A stretch of DNA of 64,000 nt, from assembly GCA_958009085.1 (NCBI GenBank), contig OY253669.1, positions 124,001 through 188,000 on the forward strand. Reading direction: 5' to 3'. Under the pieces are notes generated by a model that was given only the letters and a program-made list of their open reading frames with translations, was not told the DNA's origin and ran no database searches. A program made the translations under genes and the position numbers. Shown piece after piece: positions 1 through 10,990 of the stretch; within the stretch, counting starts at the first letter, position 1, and every line of letters starts with the position of its first letter. This DNA is from Protoeuglena noctilucae (Eukaryota).

Positions 1-97
1 TCATAGCCCCTTCCCCATTGCTAAACCTGACCTTAAAGCCTCAAAGCCTCAACCTCACCCTCACACTAACCCTCCCCACCCCCCTCTCTCCCCCCAG

Positions 98-574
98 CCT
101 GTTCCCGATCGTTCAGCCCGCCGGCCGCATCCCCGACCCCTACCAGGACGGCAATGCCCTGGGAGATGCCTTTTTGGAGCAGATATGGTATCAAGGTCGC
201 AGGGCACTGCAGCCGCCCCCCACGCTGCCGGGGGAGACGCTGTGGGAGACGCTGCACCACCACGAGCCGCCCAAGGTGAGATGGGGTTGATATTGATAGG
301 TGCGTGGTTTAATACTGATAATGGTTAACAGTGGTTGGTAGCGGTCTGTTTGGCGTAAGCTGCACGGTCATTGCGTGCGTCAAAACAAAGTGTTTCCTTT
401 CCTTTGCAGGGCTGGAGCACGCAGCCTCTCCCCAAGCCCAAGCCAGGCCGCGTGGACTTCAGCGCCACGGCACAGGGCACGGGTGCATTTGCAGGAGCAA
501 GTACAGCACATGCAGGGGCATTGGGTGTGATGGGGACGCTGGATGGCAGCGTGACGCTCAACCCCGACGCCTGA
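98..574 (+). CDS. 3' end of an unknown protein gene (last two exons, ~98-274 and ~410-574); starts upstream of the window
   Basis: C-rich acceptor ccccag at 97, AAG|gtgag donor at 275, tttgcag acceptor at 409. Joined frame ...ETLWETLHHHEPPK/GWSTQPLPKPK...LNPDA* is open. No family recognised. Confidence 0.5.
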
Positions 575-769
575 AGCACGAAGCACACAGCAGCGAGGGG
601 AGGGGCTGACTTGACACTACTAAGTTGCGTGAAACGCGTTCAAAGGCGACAACACCAACTCCGTAAATGTATCAGATTAACAGGGCATGACATGGTGGAC
701 TAATATTCGTTGCGTCAGCCCAGGCCCTGCAAACCCCCACGTCACAACTGCAACCGCTCCCACACTGAC

Positions 770-3276
770 TTAGTAACCGTCCGACACAGATCGGGAGCGG
801 GAGGGGGAGCGGGAGCGGGAGGGCGATGGGGAGGGCGTAGGGGACTTGCTTGCCCCGCCCCGCCGACCCCGCCGCTCCTCACCCACCCGCTCCCTGCCCC
901 GCTCATCGTCCCGCTCATCGTCTCGATCGCTTCCCCGCTTCCTGCCCCGCTCCTCTGCCGTGGCGTCATGCCCATTCGTGCGCTTGCCACCCTCATTCTC
1001 CTCATCCCTGTCCCGTGCTGCACGCTTGTTGTTGTTATCGTCCGCACCCGCGCCGTCCTCACGCTCGCGCTTCCGGTCGCGACCCGCCCTATCGCCATCC
1101 CTGTCTCTCTCTCTCTCTCGCTCCCTCTCCCGCTCCCTCTCTCGCTTCCCATCCCTCTCGTCACCCCTCTCCCTCTCTTCGCCCCTGTCCCGCTTCCCAT
1201 CCCTATCGCCATCCCTCTCCCTGCTCCTCTCCCTCTCTTTGTGACGTCCCCCATCCCTCTCCCTCTCCCTTCCCCGCTCACCATCCCTGTCCCTCTCCTC
1301 ATCCCGCCTTCCATCCCTCTCCCTCTCCCTCTCCCTCTCCCTCTCACGTCCCCCATCCCTACCCCTCTCCCTCCTCTCATCCCTCTCCGCCTCCCACCAG
1401 CCCCTACGCCGCTCGCCACCTCTACCATCCCCACCCCTAGCATCTCCACCCCTCCCATCCCCGCCCGGCCCTCGGACGTCCCACCGCCGGCCACCCCGCT
1501 CCTCCCGCCCCCTCTCTTGCACCCCGCGCCCCCGGTCATCCCAGCGCCGACCCTCGCGCTCCCCACGACCCCTCTCCCTCTCCCTCTCCCCATCCCTCTC
1601 ACGACCCCTCTCCCTCTCCCTCTCCACAACCCGCTCCCTCTCCCTCTCCCCATCCCTCTCCCCCTCACGCCCCCGCTCCCCGTCACGCCGCCACCCCCCC
1701 TCGCCACCGCCCGCCTCCCCACGCCTGTCTCCGTCCCCAGCCCTCCCGCCCCAGCGCCCCTGCACCTCGTTACGAGCTGGCTCGATGGCCGGGGGGGGGC
1801 CGGGCAGAGGGGCGGCAGGCGGGGGTGGCAGGGACTGATTGGCCGGCTGAGGCGCGGGCGGGAAGTCGCGAGGCGCGGGCTGCGGGTAGAGAAAAGGGTT
1901 GACCGTGCTAGGAGAATCGCTGTTATGGCACATGGCGTTGCAAGCAGGGCACCCGCATTCTCACCATGCCCATCTGGTCGAGCATCCGGCGCTGCGGCTG
2001 CCGCTTCTCCCGCTCCTCCGCGATAATCTGGGCGGGGATGCCTGCAATAAAAGTCGACGTAATCTTGTTAAGTTATCTCGTGAGAGACCAGAGGCAGAAG
2101 CAGCCAGACCGGGCGCAGGCGCAGGCCCTCACCGCCGGGCCTATCTTTCGCGTCCAGAATGAGCGCCCAGAGCTCCCTCATGAACAGCGACGTGTTCTTC
2201 TCAAGGAATCCCGTCAACTGGATCTGAATCTCCTTCCCGTCCAGCTCATCTGCGGGCGGCCGCGGTGCACGAAGGCTCAACACGCGCTGCGCTGCCAAAG
2301 CGCTCCGTCGCTCGCGCGGGCGCCGGGACCCGGCCACCAGCACCTGCAGCTATATAAAAAGTGCTCGAAAAGCGGCAAGGCACGCGTCGCGGCTCACCTT
2401 GGTCGAGCATCTCAGCGACGAACCCCTGCAAGACCTCATCCTCCGCGCCCAGCAGCTGCGTGATGCGGTTGGCCGCCCATGTCTTGATCGACGTCATCGA
2501 CACCTTCCACTTCTGCGGAGCGGGTGGGAAGAGACGCGCCCGGATCGCGCGAGGGCCTTTTGCGTAACGTTACGACGCGTCCACACTAACATCCAGCCCG
2601 CGCCTGCTCCGCTTAGGCCGCGCGAACGAAGGTGTGCATAACGAATACGAACGCGCGGCTCACCTTGGGCGTCAGCTTCTCGTCCATGGACTTGTCAAAC
2701 TTCATCTGTTTCTTGAGGAGCGACATCTTGCTGCGGGCAGGAAGAGGGAAGCCGGGCCGCGTCACTAGGCATTGCGAGAAACTCGTAAGCTGACGGCGGA
2801 CGGCATCCGCATCGCCAAATCTCGGCCTGGCGCGTGAGGGGAAGCCCAGGCCTAGCCTGCGGGTCCTGCGCACATCCCGGCCTCGTGCTAAGCCGGATCG
2901 CGAGCGGCGCAAGTCCGCATCGCGCTCAGCGCAGGGACAGGGGGGAGGAACGGGCCAGAGAGCGAGCCGGAGGGCGATCCTGCGCTGCGGAAGGGCGAGC
3001 GGCAGTTCCCCCGCCCCGACGCCTCCCCGGCCGGTCGGACCTCCCCGGTCACCTCGCCCGCTTTCAATGGCAAACTCGAGCAAGGGAAAGTCGCTGAGCT
3101 GAGCCCTGCGTCGTTGTGGGCGTGTCAGGGGCTCAGCGCCCGGAAACACAGCGCAGGCAATCCCCGCGTGCACGGCACGAGCTGCATGGCCGCGCTAGTC
3201 CTGACGCAGCAGCCACTCACTCCTTGAACCTGGGGTCCTGGTCCCCCGCCACGCCCCGAAGGCCCGCCCCGGACAT
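770..3276 (-). CDS. SRRM1: PWI-domain splicing factor, SRm160/SRRM1-like, with RE/RD-rich and RS C-terminal region
   Basis: Spliced N-terminus MSGAGLRGVAGDQDPRFK/DKMSLLKKQMKFD.../..IKTWAANRITQLLGAEDEVLQGFV../..KEIQIQLTGFLEKNTSLFMRELWALI matches the PWI pattern (IKPWI..LGFEDDV..LTGFL). Last exon (ORF 770-1933) is an RE/RD repeat ending in SRSRSPS. Confidence 0.85.
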
Positions 3277-3611
3277 GGTGACGACCCTCGCGCAGCCTCC
3301 AAGACTGGACGCGGTTTGCAGACGCGCGGTGGATGCTGCACAGTGCGTGGAAGGGGAACGCTTGTTGGCCGGAGCGTCTTGGTCTGCAGCTTCATGAGCG
3401 CGCCTCACTCGCCAGAGGACGCACTGGCACGACTGCTGCCAGCAGATTCTTCAGCGCGGTTGATTGCCAAGCACATCCACTCTCGTGAGAGGCGTTTAGA
3501 GTGCTCTGTTTGAGTGGCCGTCCTGGTAGCCGTCAGGGACAGGGAACGTGCACACAAAGCCTGCCCTGGGCACCGGAAGCTCAGCAGCAGCAGCAGGGCA
3601 TCGTTTCTGGG

Positions 3612-6600
3612 ATGCAACGGGTCGTGTCCGCACGCCAGACGGCGGCGGACCGTGCGCGGCCTGCGGGCGCCTCGGGCCGGGGAGCGTGCGTGCCGGCGCT
3701 GCCCCTTCCCTTCCCGCGCGCGCGCCGTTGCGCTGGCCGTCACCTTGCGAGGGCCACGCCGAGAGTGACCAATGTAGATGCGATCACGAACGTTTTCGAG
3801 GCCCCAAAGCCCCTGTCGGGGGAGCAGGCGAGGAGCGCTGCGTCGCCAGGTTATCCATTCCGCATTCATGCGCCGGCCGGCAGCCAGGTCGAGGGATGGG
3901 AATCAAGTTATTCACACGACCCGATTGCGACCGTCGGCGTGTCCCGCGAATCACCCCCGCGCGCGTGCGCCATCGTCGCAGGGTCTGCCGCCCTCCCGGC
4001 CCCCGGAGGACGGCAACCAGCTGCGAATCGCGTGGAGGGGGCTCCTGCGCGCGCTGGCCAATCTCCCGCTGGCGATCGCGGAGCTCGCCGCCCTCGCGGC
4101 CCTCTCCGCCGTGGGCACGGTCATTGAGCAGAACCGGTCACCCGATTACTACAGGTGCGGGGCGCCGTGCGGAGTATATATTGACAATGTACTCATCAGT
4201 TGCATTCGTCAACATCAAACGCGTGTATTCGCGCTCGGTCCCGCTCGCCCGATCCGCGGCGGAGAGAGCATGGGAGAGCGTACGCATGCCAAGTTCGCAC
4301 GTGTCCCCACCTCCACCCTCTCTCCCGCAGCACCTTCTATCCCAGCGACGGTCCCAGCAAGGTTCTCGGTTTCGTCACGTCGGATTTGATCCTTTTCCTC
4401 GGCGTCGACCACATCTACACCACACCCTACTTCCTGGGCCTGATGGCGCTGCTGGGGGCCTCCCTCGCCGCGTGCACCTTCACCAGGTGTGTGGGAGAGG
4501 CTGTGTAATAGTAGTTTTACTATCTGTGCTACAGTGACAGTATTACTACCTGTGCGATGATATCACCACCTCCACATTTGCACACATCCCCCAGCCACAC
4601 CTCATCATGCGCTGTGACACCCACATCCCCCATCTACTTCCCCAACCACACCTCACCATCCGCAGGCAATGGCCGACTGTGCGACTCTCGAGCCGCTGGT
4701 CGTTCAAATCGACCAAGACCGCCATCGCGTCGCTACCATTGGCCGAGTCCCTGCCTCGCTCCCGGCTGAGTGACTTGGCCCAGCAACTCTCCTTGAGGCG
4801 ATTCCAGGTCTTTGTGAAGGACGGGAAGCTCTACGCATTCAAAGGCATCGTGAGTGGGCATATGTGGAGAGGCCTGGATGATGTGTGGGCATGTTGGGCA
4901 TGCATGCGGGTGGTGGCAGTTGTGGTGGTGCATGAGCGTAACATATGCGGGAACGGTGGTGCTGGTGATGGTTGCTGTTACTATCGCTTGTAATACAACG
5001 ATTGCCACGCTCGCCCATGGCGCCCACGCTCACCCGTAACCCCACCCCCTCCAGGTTGGCCGCGTGGCCCCCATGGTGGTGCACGCCTCGATGCTCCTCT
5101 CCATGACGGGATTCGTGCAGGGGGCGCTGATGGGGTGGGAGGGGTCCGTGATGTGCCCGGTGGGGCAGGAGTTCGTGGCCGTGCAGGCAAGGGGTGGGGA
5201 GGGAGATATTAGTGGAAATAGGAGTGGAATGGGAGAGATGAGCTAGTAGGGATGGGCAGGCGAGGGGTGGAGGGGAGGAGCGAGGGTGGTAGGAGTGAGC
5301 AGGCTTTATGCATTCCGCTGCCCCTCTCGCTTGCACCCAGCCACTCCCACTCCAACACCCCACCCCTCACTTCACACACACCTCCCCCCGAAGCCCCCGT
5401 CCCCCGTCTCCATGTTCGCCCCTCTCCCCCCGCTGTTCCACACATCACCCCCGCAGCCCCTCTCCCTTGCACCCATGCTTGCCAGCCACTCTCACCCCAC
5501 TCCCCTACCCACCACACCTCCCCCCGCAGCCCCTCTCCCCCGTCTCGATGTTCGCCCCCCTCCCCGCCGGCTCCGACGCCGTCGTCCGCGTCAACGATTT
5601 CCGAATCGACCATCGATCCGATGGTCAGGTCGGTCAGTACTTCTCAGACGTATCGGTGCTGACGAGGGACGGGGAGGAGGTGACGCGCAAGACGGTGTCA
5701 GTAAACGACCCGCTCAGGTTCGGGGACATCACGGGTGAGCATGGGTGGGGTGTGTGGGGGTGTGGGTGTGGGTGTGGGTGTGGGTTGTGGGTGTGGGTGT
5801 GGGTGTGGGTAGGGGTGTGGGTGTGGGTGTGGGTGTGGGTGTGGGTGTGGGTGTGGGTGTGGGTGTGGGTGTGGGTGTGGGTGTGGGTGTGGGTAGCAGT
5901 GTGGGTGTGGGAGTGGGTGAGTGGGTGTGTAAATGGGAGGCAACTGTTGTTCACGCGTTCTTGTTGAACCTAGCTAAGACATTGCATCAACATCTACCTG
6001 ATCAACCATCAGGTACAACCATCAGGTCCCCCCCCCGCCCCCCCCCCCCCCAGCGTACCAGACGGACTGGGGCATCGCGGGCGTGCAGCTGCGGATCACG
6101 GGCGATGGCTTCGACGGTGCCACGCCCCTGGCCCTCCCCATGGCATCGCTGGAGGGGTCGGGGGTGCTGCAGGGGCGCGCGTGGGGGACCTTCCTGCCAG
6201 GTGAGAGAGGGGTGTTAGAGATGGGTTGGGTGTTGGGGTAATAGCGCTGCAGGGGAGGGCGTGGGGGACGTTCCTGCCGGGTGCGGGTGGGATGGAGGGT
6301 GGGTGTTGTGGTGTGTGGGGGATGGAAGGGTGGGGGCGTCATGGTGCACTGGTGCGTTATTGGTGCGCTGGGGGAGAGTCGGGCAGCGGAATTTGCCAGA
6401 AGCCCCTCGACATCTCTCAGCATGTGTGCTGATGGTTGACGGTACATTTGCTTTGCTCCGTGATCCCTTGCACCACCCATTTCCAATAGCAAGACGTTCC
6501 CCTGCCACCCGCAGTGGGCGCATCGACTGGCGACGCCAAGCCCCGGGGGGTGTCGCTGATTGCGCGTGACCTCCAATCGATCGCAATCTATGACGACAAG

Positions 6601-7203
6601 GGGGCGTTCGTGGGGGTGCGGAGGCCGGGGTCTGGCAAGCCCATTGAGGTGAGCGGGGTGGTGGTGGCTTAGTGGGTGGTGTTGATGGAGTGGGGTGGCA
6701 AGCCCATCGAGGTGCGTTAAGGTTGTTGATTGAGTTGGGGTTGTTGATTGAGTTGGGGTTGTTCATTGAGTGGGTGGTGTGCCAGGAAGCGCTGAGTGCT
6801 GATGCGTCGCACTGGGTGGGTCAGGCAAGCTTATTGAGGTGAATGGGTGGTGTTGATTGTGTGGGTGGGTGTTTAATGAGTGGTAGTTTGCCAGTGGGGT
6901 GGCGATGAGTACCCCATGCCCCACCCCCGTCAGGTCTCTGGCGTTTCGCTGGTGGTGGAGTCGATGACGGGCAGCACCGGCCTTCAGATGAAGACGGACC
7001 CGGGCATCCCCGCCGTGTACACCGGCTTCGGATTCCTCATCCTATCGTCTTTCATGTCATTCCTCCCTTTCATGCAAGTGTATGCCGTGGCAGATGGGGC
7101 CACGGTTCACGTGGGTGGCAAGACTAACAGAGCTGATGAGGACTTGCGGAGGGAGCTTGACGAGGTGTTTGATGCGGTGCCGGAGGTAACTGAGACGGCG
7201 TGA
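3612..7203 (+). CDS. CCS1: Cytochrome c biogenesis protein CCS1 (ResB family), plastid-targeted, multi-exon
   Basis: Exon peptides [104 protein letters not shown]. Arg/Ala-rich putative transit peptide from 3612; start uncertain. Confidence 0.92.
5742..5930 (+). repeat. (TGGGTG)n hexamer microsatellite in a CCS1 intron
   Basis: More than 20 near-perfect TGGGTG units directly after the acg|ggtgag donor region. Confidence 0.95.
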
Positions 7204-7935
7204 GACAGGTGGTAGGGGAGGGTGGCGTGGGGTTGGTGGTGTTGAGCATGTGGGGGGAGGGTGGTGCGGTGTGAGGGTGGGTGTGGACGGGTGGCAACGG
7301 AGGGTGCTTGCATAAAGAGGAGTGGCCGGATGACAGGCATGTGCATTTGAAATGAAAAGCACCGTTCAAGGGAAGGCGAAGGGGTGGGAGGGGCGCGAGT
7401 CTGGCACAGCAAAGCGTGCTGGGGCAACAGGGCGGCACTGGGAGTTACACTGCACACCCGTGGCAGGTACGAAACGCAGCAATACGAATGCTAGGGAAAG
7501 GGAATCGACAGGCGTGGCACGGTCACACGCAGTATGAAGGAGTCCCTCAAAGGGGCGCGTCTGCGGGCGCCGCTCCCGCGCCTGCTGCCCCGCGCTTGCG
7601 CAGACCCTCCCCATTCACGCCACCATTCCCGCCGTTGGGTCGTGTCTGCCCCAGCCTTGCCCGTCCGGCTCATTCTTGCAACAACGGAGTCTCCTCTGCG
7701 AGCTCGCTTGCCTTGGCCACCACTTCAAGGGCAAGGCTTGGGCGCCGCTTGGGTCCGACCAGCATCTGCGGTGTGGCGGTGGTGGTGTGGTTACGCGAAT
7801 GGATTGGCGGCTGTGGCTGATCACCCATGGCTATGTGCTATGACTTAATTGCACTCCATGACCCATCGTCATCTCAACAGTGCTCGACATCTGACCTGCC
7901 ACGCTCTCTGTCCTTGCCTCGGCAGCGGACAAGCA

Positions 7936-8135
7936 NNNNNNNNNNNNNNNNNNNNNNNNNNNNNNNNNNNNNNNNNNNNNNNNNNNNNNNNNNNNNNNNN
8001 NNNNNNNNNNNNNNNNNNNNNNNNNNNNNNNNNNNNNNNNNNNNNNNNNNNNNNNNNNNNNNNNNNNNNNNNNNNNNNNNNNNNNNNNNNNNNNNNNNNN
8101 NNNNNNNNNNNNNNNNNNNNNNNNNNNNNNNNNNN
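7936..8135. other. Assembly gap (200 N)
   Basis: Run of N. Confidence 1.
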
Positions 8136-8758
8136 CCCAGATCCGAGGGCCGCCGATGCTCACCTCCCGCGCCGCGGACTTGACCTCGCAAAAAGGGCGA
8201 TGCATGGGGGACGCGCGCGCCCATTGCGCCGGCCCGCGCGGAGTTGCGAGGGGGGATACCCTGGCCAGAGCCCCATGTTGCACCCCCGACCGACCGGGAC
8301 TCGAGAGCGGCCCGTGCTGACGCGCATCCCCCTCTCACGCTCCGTGTCCGTGCCCGGAAGGTGAGCCGGGCGGCCCGCTGCCTTCCCTGCTCGCCCCCAG
8401 CCGCGCTTCGCCTGGGCCGCTGTGCCCGTGCGCCCAGGGTTCCCGCGGATACGTTGCTGGCCGCCGCGTGTCGCTTGAGGGATATGGTCGGGATTTCTGG
8501 GGCCGGATCCGACCGTGGGTCCCGGGCGCGCTCGGGGGACGCGGCTGATCTGCGTGGACTCCCCGAGGGCCCCCGGGCGCGCCGGCCCATCCGGACGCGC
8601 GTTGCTCGAGCGCATTTTGTCGTTCTCTGGCTGCTCGTATTGGCACTGCGTCGATTCCGCGCCGGAAGCGGAGATGCGTGCCGCCTCTCGCTGGGCGGCC
8701 ATGTCCCCGACCCGCCGCGGCGTCCGGGCACCCCCGCAGGTCCTTCGCGTGCGGTAAG

Positions 8759-10546
8759 ATGGCGACCGACGGGAAGACGCACCTCAGCATCGTGATCTGC
8801 GGCCATGTCGACTCCGGCAAGTCGACGACGACGGGCCGCCTGCTCTTCGAGCTCGGCGGCATCCCCGAGCGTGAGATGGAGAAGCTGAAGGCCGAGGCCG
8901 AGCGTCTGGGCAAGTCGTCCTTCGCCTTCGCCTTCTACATGGACAGGTGCGCGGGCGGGGAGGGAGGGGCTGGGGGGTGCGGGCTGTGGGCGCCGCCGAG
9001 GGCGGGGAGGGGCGACGGCGGGGCGGGAACGCGCGTTTTGCCTCGCATTAGGGGATCGGGAGGGGCGCGGGGACCTGCAGCGGGCCGGCCGGCGCGCGCG
9101 AGCCCCCGCCCCAGCCCTTGCTGGCCCTAGTTAGGGCGCCGCCGGGGAGCGCGGGACACGACGCCCGGCCCGCCCCGCGCGCTCCCTGCAGGCAGAAGGA
9201 GGAGCGCGAGCGTGGTGTGACCATCTCGTGCACGACCAAGGAGTTCTTCACCGACAACTGGCACTACACCATCATCGACGCCCCCGGCCACCGCGACTTC
9301 ATCAAGAACATGATTTCGGGTGCCGCCCAGGCCGACGTGGCGCTGCTCATGGTGCCCGCCGACGGTAACTTCACGACCGCCATCCAGAAGGGCAACCACA
9401 AGGCCGGCGAGATCCAGGGCCAGACGCGCCAGCACGCGCGCCTCATCAACCTGCTGGGCGTGAAGCAGCTCATCGTGGGCGTCAACAAGATGGACTGCGA
9501 CGTGGCCAAGTACGGGAAGGAGCGGTACACTGAGATCGCCGACGAGATGAAGAACATGCTCATGAAGGTCGGCTGGAAGAAGGAGTTCGTCGAGCAGTCC
9601 GTGCCCGTCCTGCCCATCTCCGGCTGGATGGGGGACAACCTGCTGTCCAAGTCCGCCAACATGCCCTGGTGGACGGGCATGGAGGTCAAGGCCATGGACG
9701 GGCGCACGATCAAGGTCGAGTGCCTCAAGCAGGCCCTCAACGACTTCGTGTGCCTGCCCGACCGCAAGGCGGAGCTGCCCATGCGCATGCCCGTCTCGGG
9801 CGTGTACAAGATCAAGGGTGTGGGTGATGTGATCACGGGCCGCGTGGAGCAGGGCGCGGTGATGCCCAACGAGGAGGTCCGCTTCATCCCCACGCACACG
9901 GCGTCGATGGCGTGCGAGGGCAAGGTGTTCACGGTGGAGATGCACCACAAGCGTGTGGACAAGGTGAGGCGTGGGCGGGGGCGCTGGGGCGGGGGCGGCG
10001 GGTGCAGCTGAGCGCCGCCAGCGGCTGAGCGCTGTTGGAGGCTGCGGGGGCTGGGCTGGGCGGCCCTTGGCCTGGGCCTCAGGCGCGCCGGCTCCCTCTC
10101 GCGCCCCGCAGGCCATGACGGGCGACAACGTGGGCCTCAACGTGAAGAACTTGCCGAAGGAGAACATGCCCCGCGTCGGCGACGTCATGATCTACAAGAA
10201 GGACGACTCGCTCAAGGCCGCGGCCAGCTTCGTGTGCCAGGTGCAGACGCTCGACATCCCCGGGGAGCTCAAGCCCGGCTATTCTCCGATCGGGTTCGTG
10301 CGCACGGGCCGCTCGGCGTGCAAGCTGACCAAGATCGACTGGAAGATGGGCAAGGAGACGGGCGGCAAGAAGATGGAGGACCCCGTGTCGCTCAAGTCGA
10401 ACGAGGTGGCGCAGTGCGTGTTCGCGCCCATCCAGCCCTTCGTGTGCGAGACGTTCGACAAGTGCGAGGGCCTGTCGCGCATCGCCTTCCTGGACGGCAA
10501 CACGGCCGTGATGCTGGGCAAGATCGTCAAGGTCGAGTTCAAGTAA
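8759..10546 (+). CDS. EFL: Elongation factor-like GTPase EFL (EF-1A paralog); exons 8759-8946, 9192-9963, 10112-10546
   Basis: [82 protein letters not shown] and CEGLSRIAF are EFL-type rather than EF-1A signatures. GT-AG introns restore the frame. Strong GC3 bias. Probable 5'UTR intron 8361-8739. Confidence 0.97.
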
Positions 10547-10990
10547 ACGCGCCGGGCCGCAGCCCTCGCTTCGCTCGATATTGCTGCCCCGTGCGCGGCG
10601 GCTGCGTGGCGGAGGGGCTGCCTTCCCTTTGCATTCGGCTCGCGGCGGCCACAGTTTCTGGGACGGGAGGCGCACAGCGGCGTGGGCAGGCATTTGAACT
10701 TACAGAGCACATGCAGCACGAACGAGGCACAATGCACGCGCTCGCGGGCCCGGCAAAGGCGGCAGGCAGTGACGGGTGCAGCAGCTGCAGAGCGCTGAAC
10801 CATGCGCACCCTGCCGTTAGGGTCCTGCCAACCACTCTAGCACAGCTCCCACAGCTCCGATCGGCAACGAAACAAGGCATCTACGGGATCGAAACACCGG
10901 GAGGGCGGGGCGGGCGTGGGGACTCCCATGTTAGGCAAGCAGACGAGGCAGGTGGGGCGTGTCCGGGCAGCATGCAGCCATCGACACCCA

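Noticed and set aside
710..2026. 438-aa Pro/Leu-rich plus-strand ORF and other overlapping ORFs
   Set aside because: Antisense shadows of the RE-repeat exon of the PWI gene.
5634..5967. Poly-WV, poly-HT, poly-HP and poly-GV ORFs
   Set aside because: Translations of the intronic (TGGGTG)n microsatellite.
7827..8364. ORFs spanning the N run
   Set aside because: Artefacts of the assembly gap.
9127..10188. Long antisense ORFs over EFL (also over ProDH, SIMPL and the coiled-coil gene)
   Set aside because: Expected from extreme GC3 bias, which removes antisense stop codons.
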